From contig JAOAJH010000002.1 of assembly GCA_026414305.1 (NCBI GenBank), positions 39,998 through 103,997 of the forward strand: 64,000 bases of DNA, given 5' to 3'. The notes beneath the pieces were generated by a model that saw nothing but the letters and a program-made list of their open reading frames with translations, ran no database searches and was not told where the DNA came from. The position numbers were made by a program, and so were the translations under genes. Shown here piece after piece: positions 56,498-64,000 of this stretch. Positions within the stretch are counted from its first letter, which is position 1. Each line of letters begins with the position of its first letter. Source of the stretch: Candidatus Aenigmatarchaeota archaeon. GTDB taxonomy: Archaea > Aenigmatarchaeota > Aenigmatarchaeia > CG10238-14.

Positions 56498-56711
56498 TTA
56501 TTTCACCTCTTATTATGGCAGCACTACCACCAGAATTTTTAATATCTTCCATAATTTCTTTTACCATCATAAAATTAATTTCATTATCCTCGATTGACCA
56601 TGTAGAATCCATAATTTTAATGGCATTATATCTTTTCAATTTTCGCCACACCCTTACCATTAAGGAATTTTTTGCTTTTGGAATGTCGTATATTAATAAT
56701 ATTGAAGGCAT
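56490..56711 (-). CDS. Cas2-like small protein (ferredoxin-like fold, 73 aa)
   Basis: ILLIYDIPKAKNSLMVRVWRKLKRYNAIKIMDSTWSIED parallels Cas2 ([35 protein letters not shown]), with the N-terminal beta1 Asp conserved. Overlaps the kae1 start by 8 nt. Confidence 0.45.
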   Translation of the reverse strand: MPSILLIYDIPKAKNSLMVRVWRKLKRYNAIKIMDSTWSIEDNEINFMMVKEIMEDIKNSGGSAAIIRGEIIE

Positions 56712-56794
56712 GTAATACGTATTACAAAAAGAAAAATAAAAACTTTTCTTGAAAAAATAAGTAAAATTAGATTAATATGTAATACGTCTTACAC

Positions 56795-57079
56795 CTAATC
56801 TTGAATTTTTTTCATGTATTTAAGATATGTCAAAACTCCCTTTAAATCAACTTTAGAATCCTTTAATTTAACTAATTTAAGCTTTAAACCATAATCATTT
56901 AGATTTTGAGTTAAAATAAATTGATTTAGATATTTATCTAATATTTCAGAAATTGTTTGGTGATGAATACCAGTTCTTCTGCTTATTTCCCTTAAATGAA
57001 GCCAGTCTTGACTTTCTTTAAGCACAAAAAGAATTTTCCCTATTTTTTTAATTGTATCTTGTCTCATATCAAGAATCAC
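56795..57079 (-). CDS. Small winged-helix transcriptional regulator
   Basis: LHLREISRRTGIHHQTISEILDKY HTH. 94 aa. Confidence 0.6.
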   Translation of the reverse strand: MILDMRQDTIKKIGKILFVLKESQDWLHLREISRRTGIHHQTISEILDKYLNQFILTQNLNDYGLKLKLVKLKDSKVDLKGVLTYLKYMKKIQD

Positions 57080-57158
57080 TCACGAACTCTCACTTGCCAG
57101 CTGGCGCCTTTTTCACTCACTTTTGAATTCTATTATTATTGGTTTTTGGTTTAATATA

Positions 57159-57827
57159 TTATGCTAGGCTTTTGTCGCACACATTTCTAAATCTGCATTT
57201 TAAGCATTTTTTTGCATTATCAGTTGGAATAGCGTTTCTGACACCATTTATAAGATCATGGAGTTTTATTATATCCTCCCTGACAGTTTTAATTGAATTT
57301 TCATCCAATTCCTCACTCCACAAGAACTCTTTTGTATCACGATTTCTTATTGAACATATGAATTTTTTATTTACATTGAACTGCTCCATAAAACTTATAC
57401 AATAACCCCAAACTTGCTTTTTATGCCCAATAAAAACAGTTTCACCTGGCTTGTCATCAACTATGACTATTCTATCAGGCATTATTATCACTTCATCTAT
57501 TCTGCCATAAATACCGCTTTTAAGTGTCTTGGTTGAAACTTCTCTAGCAACCAAAATTGCCCCAGTCTGCTCGGATCTTTCAATTGCTTCGGGTATTGTC
57601 ATTTTCTCGGTGGCTTTTGCAAGATGTTCTTCTTCCAACTTGGCATGCATCTCACTTCCCAAAATCATTTCATATGTCTTTTCTACATGCACGCCTGCGA
57701 ATTTTTCCAAATATAGCTGATATTCACAAAAATCCTTTGCACCTAGCCAAGAAATAGGAAAAAGCTTGACACCATCAATTATTTTCACTTCCCTTATTTT
57801 ATCATGCCATTCTGCCATACCAATCAT
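57159..57827 (-). CDS. cas4: Cas4-family PD-(D/E)xK nuclease with a 4Fe-4S cluster cysteine pattern
   Basis: N-terminal FCEYQLYL. Motif II GRIDEVII. Motif III IVIVDDKPG. QxxxY present as KKQVWGY. C-terminal CLKCRFRNVC (CxxCx5C), which together with the N-terminal Cys gives the Cas4 Fe-S pattern. Confidence 0.8.
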   Translation of the reverse strand: MIGMAEWHDKIREVKIIDGVKLFPISWLGAKDFCEYQLYLEKFAGVHVEKTYEMILGSEMHAKLEEEHLAKATEKMTIPEAIERSEQTGAILVAREVSTKTLKSGIYGRIDEVIIMPDRIVIVDDKPGETVFIGHKKQVWGYCISFMEQFNVNKKFICSIRNRDTKEFLWSEELDENSIKTVREDIIKLHDLINGVRNAIPTDNAKKCLKCRFRNVCDKSLA

Positions 57828-57932
57828 AAATTTATATCTTCTATTTCACAAAATATTCAAAGCTAATAAAACAAAAACAATAAAGATTTAAATAAATTAA
57901 ATCAAAACAACATAAGGTAATTTGGTGATAAT

Positions 57933-58544
57933 TTGAAAGTAAAAATCCTTGAAAAACACGACTTTAAAATGAAAGTGTTGATAGAAGGAATAAAACCATC
58001 GCTTGCTGGAGAATTGAGAAGAATAATGGTTTCTGAAATACCTACAATGGCAATTGAATGGGTTGATTTTCACGAAAATGACTCTGTTTTGTGGGATGAG
58101 ATAGTTGCGCATAGACTTGGGTTGATTCCACTCACATTTGATCCAAACTTTTTCAATTTTAAGGATGAATGTCAATGTGAAGGTAAGGGTTGTACAAGAT
58201 GCCAAGTAGCCTTTGCATTGAAAAGAACCGGTCCGTGTGTGGTTTATTCTGGCGATCTCAAAACAACGGACGACAGAGTAAAACCTTTGTATGACAAAAT
58301 ACCAATTGTCGAGTTAATGGAAGGACAAACACTTGAGCTTGAAGCTTTTTCAGAATTGGGATTGGGTAAGGATCATGCCAAATGGCAGGCAGCGGTTGTT
58401 GGATACAAACAGGAAGATGATAAATTCACTTTTAACATTGAAAGTGTTTGTGGATTGACCGCAGAAAAAATTTTCACACAAGCTCTACAGGTTCTAAATG
58501 ACAAAGTAAATGATTTTATCAAAGATGTTGAAAGATTAAAGTAA
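57933..58544 (+). CDS. rpoD: DNA-directed RNA polymerase subunit D (Rpb3 homologue), TTG start
   Basis: Rpb3/RpoD dimerisation domain with the CQCEGKGCTRC cysteine cluster. 203 aa. Confidence 0.9.
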   Translation: MKVKILEKHDFKMKVLIEGIKPSLAGELRRIMVSEIPTMAIEWVDFHENDSVLWDEIVAHRLGLIPLTFDPNFFNFKDECQCEGKGCTRCQVAFALKRTGPCVVYSGDLKTTDDRVKPLYDKIPIVELMEGQTLELEAFSELGLGKDHAKWQAAVVGYKQEDDKFTFNIESVCGLTAEKIFTQALQVLNDKVNDFIKDVERLK

Positions 58545-58575
58545 TTTAACAATAATTCTCTAATTTATATTTTGA

Positions 58576-58671
58576 GCAGGGGTAGCCAAGCGGCCAAAGG
58601 CGCAGGACTTAAGATTTAATAGGAAATCCTGTCTCTTAGTGAGTTCGAGAGTTCGAATCTCTCCCCCTGCA
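58576..58671 (+). tRNA. tRNA-Leu (anticodon TAA) with a 12-nt intron after position 37 and a long variable arm. CCA is not encoded.
   Basis: Acceptor GCAGGGG/CCCCTGC. Anticodon stem CAGGA/TCCTG with loop CTTAAGA plus inserted ATTTAATAGGAA. T-arm GAGAG-TTCGAAT-CTCTC. Confidence 0.8.
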
Positions 58672-58696
58672 TTGTAAACGTGAGAGTTTTCCTTAT

Positions 58697-58782
58697 GCAG
58701 GAGTCGCCTAGCCTGGTCAATGGCGCTAGGTTCAGGGCCTAGTCCGTTAGTCGGTTCCTGGGTTCAAATCCCAGCTCCTGCA
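58697..58782 (+). tRNA. tRNA-Leu (anticodon CAG) with a long variable arm
   Basis: Acceptor GCAGGAG/CTCCTGC. Anticodon stem CTAGG/CCTAG with loop TTCAGGG. T-arm CTGGG-TTCAAAT-CCCAG. Confidence 0.85.
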
Positions 58783-58796
58783 AGAATTATTTTTTT

Positions 58797-58982
58797 TCAG
58801 GAATTATTATCCAAGCTATTATGTATAAAATTAAACCAGCGCCCCCAAAAAAAAGTTAATAATATCCACAAAAGTCTGACAATAACAGGATCAATGTTAA
58901 AGTATTTTCCAATGCCTGCGCAAACACCACCCAAAACTTTTTCATTTTTAGATCTATAGAGTCTTTTTACTTTTTTTGACAT
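58797..58982 (-). CDS. PspC-domain small membrane protein
   Basis: RLYRSKNEKVLGGVCAGIGKYFNIDPVIVRLLW is the canonical PspC domain. Confidence 0.7.
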   Translation of the reverse strand: MSKKVKRLYRSKNEKVLGGVCAGIGKYFNIDPVIVRLLWILLTFFWGRWFNFIHNSLDNNS

Positions 58983-59012
58983 ATGATTTTATAATCGCTT
59001 TGTTTATTTAAA

Positions 59013-59795
59013 TCATTCATTCAACAGAAGCAAGCCATGTTGCCAATCTTTTATTATTTTTATACAAGTTCTTGTTATGTCTATTTCACCATTTTTAGCA
59101 AGATAGTTCATTCTTTTACCGATTGATATCAAAACAGCCTCACTTTCATTTTCAGTTATTTTTATATTATATCTTTTTTCCAAAGCCTGCTTGTTTTGCT
59201 CTAAAAAAATTTCAATTATTTTAATTGCAACTAAGTCAGGATTTTTTATCTGTGAAGGAGACAAAACACACATTAGAGCTTGTTTGACTTCATCATTTTC
59301 ATCAAAAGGTATAACACCAGGTGTGTCATAAAGAAGCAAGCCTTTGTGATCTGTTATCCATTGGACGCCTTTAGTAAAACCTGCAACTGAAGATGTTAGT
59401 GCCTTTTTTCTGCCAACCAAAAAATTAATTACAGAAGACTTTCCTGTATTTGGATAACCAACCACACCAACTCTGACTGTTTGCTTGTTTCCCATTATAA
59501 GATTTCTTAATTTGGAAAAACCAAATCTTTTTCTAGTTGAAACATACACAAAATTTTTTCCTGACTTTATGTTTTTAGGATTAATTAAATCAGCTTTGTT
59601 GTATACAATGAAAAGCCTTTTTCTTTTTTCTCTAACCATGCTTTCTATTTTTCTGTTTCTTGTAATTTCAGGCATTCTTGCATCAGCAACCTCAAGAACA
59701 ACATCAACTTGGTCAATCACATCATTTATTAAATTCCAAAACCTTTTCATACAAACAATATAAGAATAACAAAGAAATATAAGCATACCCTTCAA
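59013..59795 (-). CDS. Circularly permuted GTPase (YlqF/YawG/Nog2 ribosome-biogenesis family). The likely true start is the internal MKRFWN.
   Basis: G4 NKADL precedes G1 GYPNTGKSS, and DTPG follows. This is the permuted order. Confidence 0.8.
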   Translation of the reverse strand: MKGMLIFLCYSYIVCMKRFWNLINDVIDQVDVVLEVADARMPEITRNRKIESMVREKRKRLFIVYNKADLINPKNIKSGKNFVYVSTRKRFGFSKLRNLIMGNKQTVRVGVVGYPNTGKSSVINFLVGRKKALTSSVAGFTKGVQWITDHKGLLLYDTPGVIPFDENDEVKQALMCVLSPSQIKNPDLVAIKIIEIFLEQNKQALEKRYNIKITENESEAVLISIGKRMNYLAKNGEIDITRTCIKIIKDWQHGLLLLNE

Positions 59796-59816
59796 TAAAG
59801 ATAAAAGGTGTAAAAT

Positions 59817-60977
59817 TTGAACATAGAAATAATAACAGTTTTGGCTTTCCTTTTTGTTATGGGTATAGTAATTTATAGGGACAGAAAAAATTTCGAGTTC
59901 AAATCAGGCTTGATACTAAGACGAAGCACAAAAGGAAAGGAATTCATATATAGATTTGCTGAAAAAAATGAGAAGGTATTGAAAATAATAGGAACGGTTG
60001 GCATAGTAATTGGGGTTTTAGCTTCATTCTATGGCTCTTATCTTCTTTTCAAATCAACTTTTGATATTTTTTCCACAAAAACCAAAGAGTCAACATTAAG
60101 ACTTGTGCTTCCTTCAGTTGAAGGTGTCAACATGCCAGGTTTTGTGCTAGGCGTACCATTTTGGTATTGGATAATAGCAGTTTTTGTTGTTATGTTCATA
60201 CACGAGCCCATGCATGCCTTTTTAGCAAGGGCAGAAAAAATAGATGTAAAGTCTTTTGGTCTTTTGCTATTCATAATACTTCCGGGTGCTTTTGTCGAAC
60301 CAAATGAAAGACAGCTTAAAAGAAAGCCTTTGCTAAGCAAACTCAGAGTTTTTGCAGCAGGTAGCTTTGGCAATATTCTCGCCGCCGGTATAATGATATT
60401 ATTGATAATAGGCTTTAACAAGATCGTGTCAGCTTTCATTAACCCCGCAGGTATAGGGTTTGAGTCTTTAATAGCAGGCTCTTATGCGGAATCAGCAGAG
60501 TTAAACGGACTAATTGTAAAAATAAATGGCATTGATGTTAAAACACTTGGCGACTTGTCAAACGCTATGAAAGATGTAAAGCCAGGCGACGAGATTCAAG
60601 TAACAACGACCAAAGGCACATACAACATAAAAACAATCTCAGATCCCGAAAATGAGCAAAGGGCTTTGATAGGGATACAGAAACCATATGTTGAATATAT
60701 GTCAATTTCAAACAAACCTGTAAGTAAAAATACAATATCAGTGATAGAATGGTTTGATGGTTTGTTTGCCTGGATATTTATATTGAATCTTGGTGTTGGT
60801 GTCTTCAATCTTTTCCCATTGAAACCTTTGGATGGTGGGCTGATGATGGAAGCAATAGCGCAACATTTTTTCAAAGACAAGGGAAAAACGATTGCAAATT
60901 ACATATCTATATTTTTCTTGCTATTGATACTTTTCAATCTTTTTGGGCCAAAAATGCTGACTTTGCTAAAAATCTAA
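59817..60977 (+). CDS. Site-2 protease (M50 family) with a PDZ domain
   Basis: HEPMHA zinc motif within a TM helix. PDZ GLIVKINGIDVKTLGDL. Second LDGG motif. Confidence 0.85.
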   Translation: MNIEIITVLAFLFVMGIVIYRDRKNFEFKSGLILRRSTKGKEFIYRFAEKNEKVLKIIGTVGIVIGVLASFYGSYLLFKSTFDIFSTKTKESTLRLVLPSVEGVNMPGFVLGVPFWYWIIAVFVVMFIHEPMHAFLARAEKIDVKSFGLLLFIILPGAFVEPNERQLKRKPLLSKLRVFAAGSFGNILAAGIMILLIIGFNKIVSAFINPAGIGFESLIAGSYAESAELNGLIVKINGIDVKTLGDLSNAMKDVKPGDEIQVTTTKGTYNIKTISDPENEQRALIGIQKPYVEYMSISNKPVSKNTISVIEWFDGLFAWIFILNLGVGVFNLFPLKPLDGGLMMEAIAQHFFKDKGKTIANYISIFFLLLILFNLFGPKMLTLLKI

Positions 60978-61813
60978 TTTTCTGTTGGTAAAACATTTAT
61001 AGAAGATTTGGCACTAACCCAATACCTGTAAGATGTATGAACTTCTATTGGCACGACATCCCAACCCTCTGTCATGTCAACATTTATAGTGCACCTAACC
61101 TGTTTGCTTTGCCCTGATATAAGTTTTATTGGTTGGGCTACTGAACAAACTACATGTCTATTGCTTGTAACTTGAAAGGTGTCAAGCTGATTGTTTACAA
61201 GACTGCCTCCACCAATGTTTTGTATGTTTACAACAACACTCAAAGTAGTAGAACCTGATTTGACTACTTTTCCTGGGGCGTCAAATGTAATTGATATAGG
61301 ACCATCAGTTGGTATTTGCATCTTTACGCCAAGTTCATCTCTTTTTGCTTGTTGTTGATCTGCCGGAAAGCCTTTTATATAAGAATCACTTGCAACTCTT
61401 ATTTGAGCCACTGCTGAAGTTGAATATTTGTACTGTATTCTCAATTCAAACTCTTGATTGTCAACACCTGTTTTGTATGAAGGTGCTATTGCCTCCCATG
61501 AAACATCTATAGCTTCAGGTTGTATTTTTCTTGCTGGGTCACCTGCTTCTATTACACTTGGTATAGGTGATGTTTGCGTAACTCTCCAGTCACCAAGCCC
61601 ATATATATTTGCAGTTATATCTGTTGCGTCAGAACCACCAGTGTTTTTCACTCTTGCAATTATATCTACAGCCTCTCCGGGTTCTACAGTTTCCATTGCT
61701 GGATAGAATGATTCAATAATAATACCAGTGCCACCACCACCTTGATTGTCAGTGGTGCACCCAGACAAAAATATTACCAAAGTCAAAACTGAAGCTAAAA
61801 TTATTTTTTTCAT
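60974..61813 (-). CDS. Secreted protein with a lipobox-like signal (LSGC) and a Gly-rich linker
   Basis: MKKIILASVLTLVIFLSGCTTDNQGGGGTG signal plus lipobox. Beta-rich mature domain. Confidence 0.6.
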   Translation of the reverse strand: MKKIILASVLTLVIFLSGCTTDNQGGGGTGIIIESFYPAMETVEPGEAVDIIARVKNTGGSDATDITANIYGLGDWRVTQTSPIPSVIEAGDPARKIQPEAIDVSWEAIAPSYKTGVDNQEFELRIQYKYSTSAVAQIRVASDSYIKGFPADQQQAKRDELGVKMQIPTDGPISITFDAPGKVVKSGSTTLSVVVNIQNIGGGSLVNNQLDTFQVTSNRHVVCSVAQPIKLISGQSKQVRCTINVDMTEGWDVVPIEVHTSYRYWVSAKSSINVLPTEN

Positions 61814-61894
61814 CTCATTAATTTTATGTTTTCTGATTTATTAATTTTATCACTTGAAACTTCAGATTAAATATTTTGTATTCAATATAAGATT

Positions 61895-62671
61895 ATGAAC
61901 ATTGAAAGTTTTTTTCATGAATACTTCGTCCAACCTATATTACAAAAAGAGGGCTATAATATAGTAAACACATTTGCATATGCAACCCTATTCATAATAT
62001 TGTCATACCTGACTTTTAATTTTCTTAAAAATTTAAAAATAAAAATAGATTATTTTCTTGCCTTTTCAATATCACCATATATACTTTCAGGTGTTATTGT
62101 AAGGGTTTTGAATGATGCAGGAATTATCAAAGGTTACATTTTTGTCACCCCAAACATATGGCTTCTGTTTTTCACAATAATATTATTAGCAATAATTGCT
62201 TCGTCGCTTGCTGAAAGAAAATTCAAGATACCATACTACAAGACAATGTTTTTGTTTGGGTTTATTATATTTTCATTTCTTTTGGGAATGGTTAAAATAA
62301 ACAATTTTTTGGCACTATGGTATTTTTTAGGATTTTTTGTACCAGCAGCAGTGCTTATATCTTTGCTTAAATTTTCAATCGAAAACAAGATCGTGTTATC
62401 ATTGCAAGCTTTAGATTCTATTGTAACGGCAATTGCAATTACATGGTTTGGCTACACAGAACAGCATGTCTTGCCGAGGATTTTGATTGAAAAAACAAAC
62501 ACAGCCTTTAGTTTTGTCATAGTAAAAATAGCAGTAATTTATTTTGCGCTAAAGTTGCTTGATGATTATGAGAAAGACAAAGAATTCAATTTTTATATCA
62601 AGTTACTCATAGCTGTACTAGGTCTTTCAACTGGTTTGAGAAGCCTGCTAAGACTGCTTTATGGCGTTTAG
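61895..62671 (+). CDS. Polytopic membrane protein (DUF63-like)
   Basis: About 7 TM helices. 258 aa. Confidence 0.55.
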   Translation: MNIESFFHEYFVQPILQKEGYNIVNTFAYATLFIILSYLTFNFLKNLKIKIDYFLAFSISPYILSGVIVRVLNDAGIIKGYIFVTPNIWLLFFTIILLAIIASSLAERKFKIPYYKTMFLFGFIIFSFLLGMVKINNFLALWYFLGFFVPAAVLISLLKFSIENKIVLSLQALDSIVTAIAITWFGYTEQHVLPRILIEKTNTAFSFVIVKIAVIYFALKLLDDYEKDKEFNFYIKLLIAVLGLSTGLRSLLRLLYGV

Positions 62672-63837
62672 ACACTTATGTCTATGTTGCTTAAAGTAAA
62701 CTTACCTTGGCCAGAAACACTAAAAGTGACATAGTTTGTTCCAACCTTCACGTCATTCGGCCCAAAATTAACAGTTATTTTTTTACCAACAGCATATGAT
62801 TGAACATAATCAAGTTGATGTTCAACACCATTGCTGTCTGTTATCTTTATTGCAAGGTTTGCACCATAGTCAGAGTCAAGAATTAAAAATGATATTTTGC
62901 CTCTTGTTCCTCTTTGAAGTTTTAACATATCATTTTCAGATATTTTAAATGAAAATGATCTCTGTTTTCCAAAACTTTCTGTACGCGAAATTAATATCTC
63001 AACATCATCAAGCTTGTACGTTGTGTCTCTCTCAGTGGAAAATTCAATTGCATTGGCTCCGCTTACAAGACCAACGTCAAATATTTGAAAATCATGGCTA
63101 AAGCTACCAGATGGTATTCCTTTGAAAAAATTTCTACCGTTTATTTTTATAATCATATCACCCGAGCCATCTCTTTCTTCAACATTAAACTTTACAGATC
63201 CCTTTGCAAAATTTTTAAGCTCACTTGTATAGAGTTCAAACTCATATGTCTTCTTGACGTTACCGTATATGTTTATTCCAAATTCAGCCTTTTCAATTCT
63301 GTAAACGCTTGTTGCCCAAAATTGCAAGCCAGGCATACCAGAGCTTATTTCTATTACATTAAAGTTTCTAACAAGACCTTTGTCCAAATTTATGTAAATT
63401 CTTCCAGGGCTTGTTTTTTGATTGTAAACAACTTGGTTGTTGAATTTTACTACTAAATTTCCGGGAGCACTGTCCAAAACATCCAAAACAACCCAACCAT
63501 CTATAACATCGTTTAAATTTTCCCCAACTTCACCACTGAATGTAAATCTATTATCCTCAAAAATCCCTTTGCTCACTTCAATGTATTTTTTTGATGAAAT
63601 TGTTTGTGAACCTGCAGAATGACTTATTGTAAAATCACCAATTCTTATGACCCTCGGCACGTCTTCACTATAAGTGCCTATTGAAAATGATCCTTCAACA
63701 CTTGTTATATTCTCGGTTTGATTTGTTTTTTCAGAACCAGGCATGCCCCAGAAAAAAATCATCATTATTATTGCTAAAATACCTGCAAACAACACCCATA
63801 TGAATTCATCTGGTTTTGCTTGAGCTTTTGATGCCAT
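62668..63837 (-). CDS. Membrane-anchored extracellular protein (N-terminal TM, beta-rich ectodomain)
   Basis: MASKAQAKPDEFIWVLFAGILAIIMMIFFW anchor followed by a ~350 aa ectodomain. Confidence 0.55.
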   Translation of the reverse strand: MASKAQAKPDEFIWVLFAGILAIIMMIFFWGMPGSEKTNQTENITSVEGSFSIGTYSEDVPRVIRIGDFTISHSAGSQTISSKKYIEVSKGIFEDNRFTFSGEVGENLNDVIDGWVVLDVLDSAPGNLVVKFNNQVVYNQKTSPGRIYINLDKGLVRNFNVIEISSGMPGLQFWATSVYRIEKAEFGINIYGNVKKTYEFELYTSELKNFAKGSVKFNVEERDGSGDMIIKINGRNFFKGIPSGSFSHDFQIFDVGLVSGANAIEFSTERDTTYKLDDVEILISRTESFGKQRSFSFKISENDMLKLQRGTRGKISFLILDSDYGANLAIKITDSNGVEHQLDYVQSYAVGKKITVNFGPNDVKVGTNYVTFSVSGQGKFTLSNIDISV

Positions 63838-63890
63838 ATAGAAGAATTTTGATTTTTATACTAATAACTTTTATCATATAATAGATAATA

Positions 63891-64000
63891 ATGAAAATAT
63901 TGAAAATCTCTAGCAAGATGAAAAGAGTAAAGATAAGGATAGAAAACAATGATGATTTGTTTTATCTGAAAAATTTCATAGAGCCAGGGGATTATGTCAA
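63891..64000 (+). CDS. Pelota/Dom34 mRNA surveillance factor. N-terminal part only; continues past the window end.
   Basis: MKILKISSKMKRVKIRIENNDDLFYLKNFIEPGDYV matches the Pelota N-terminus (MKIL...E..DDLWhLynli.pGD.V). Confidence 0.6.
   Translation, partial: MKILKISSKMKRVKIRIENNDDLFYLKNFIEPGDYV

Noticed and set aside
56332-56715. A plus-strand 127-aa ORF overlapping the kae1 5' end and the Cas2-like ORF
   Set aside because: It is antisense to two supported genes, with a hydrophobic low-complexity translation.
58545-58800. An integrated element or integrase next to the tandem tRNA-Leu genes
   Set aside because: No integrase or recombinase ORF and no direct repeat of a tRNA 3' end were found downstream. 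The flanking genes are core (rpoD, GTPase).
1-64000. rRNA, RNase P RNA, SRP RNA or other large structured RNA
   Set aside because: There are no GC-rich structured islands outside the two tRNAs. Every gap between supported genes is under 250 bp and AT-rich.

Overview
This window is a densely packed, AT-rich archaeal chromosome segment (roughly 30% GC by eye). Almost every gene is archaeal core information-processing or cell-envelope machinery. It is compact and AT-rich in a way that looks like a small-genome (DPANN-like) archaeon, but lineage cannot be fixed from sequence alone.

Layout from start to end:
- **1–2.6 kb, recombination/repair:** a partial EndoQ, RadA, RPA and an archaeal histone.
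- **2.7–6.6 kb:** one giant (1320 aa) secreted protein that is rich in N-glycosylation sequons.
- **6.7–30 kb, protein-glycosylation island (about 23 kb):**
  - eukaryote-like Alg7 (AglH), Alg13 and Alg14;
  - an STT3/AglB oligosaccharyltransferase with a eukaryote-type DPWFxYR loop and a WWDPG variant motif;
  - a Dpm1-like GT2 next to a PMT/ArnT-like GT-C;
  - a Wzx flippase, about twelve further GT1/GT2 enzymes, four methyltransferases, an NAD-dependent epimerase, and a B12-binding radical SAM enzyme.
- **30–32.8 kb:** NAC-alpha, two membrane proteins, and a degenerate LAGLIDADG-like protein.
- **32.8–38 kb, replication module on the minus strand:** a candidate origin with mini-ORB-like repeats and an AT-rich unwinding element, then orc1/cdc6, translationally coupled to a truncated DP1-like (PolD small-subunit-like) protein, then a family-B DNA polymerase carrying a C-terminal Cys4 zinc ribbon.
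- **38–53 kb, housekeeping:** Hjc, CBS proteins, HtpX, LemA, archaeal SAM synthetase, Nop5, fibrillarin, a DHH+HD pair, a small Toprim protein plus DnaG, and LigT.
- **53–58 kb, the most accessory-looking stretch:** an ExeA-type AAA+ ATPase with a wHTH, a PRC-barrel protein, a wHTH regulator containing perfect 30-bp tandem repeats (NQQLSTTINS peptide repeats), Kae1 translationally coupled to a Cas2-like mini-protein, a small wHTH, and a Cas4 nuclease with intact motifs. No Cas1 or CRISPR array is present.
- **58–64 kb:** RpoD, two tRNA-Leu genes (one with an anticodon-loop intron), a PspC mini-protein, a permuted GTPase, a site-2 protease, a lipobox-bearing secreted protein and a partial Pelota.

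No rRNA, CRISPR array, IS element or integrase was found.
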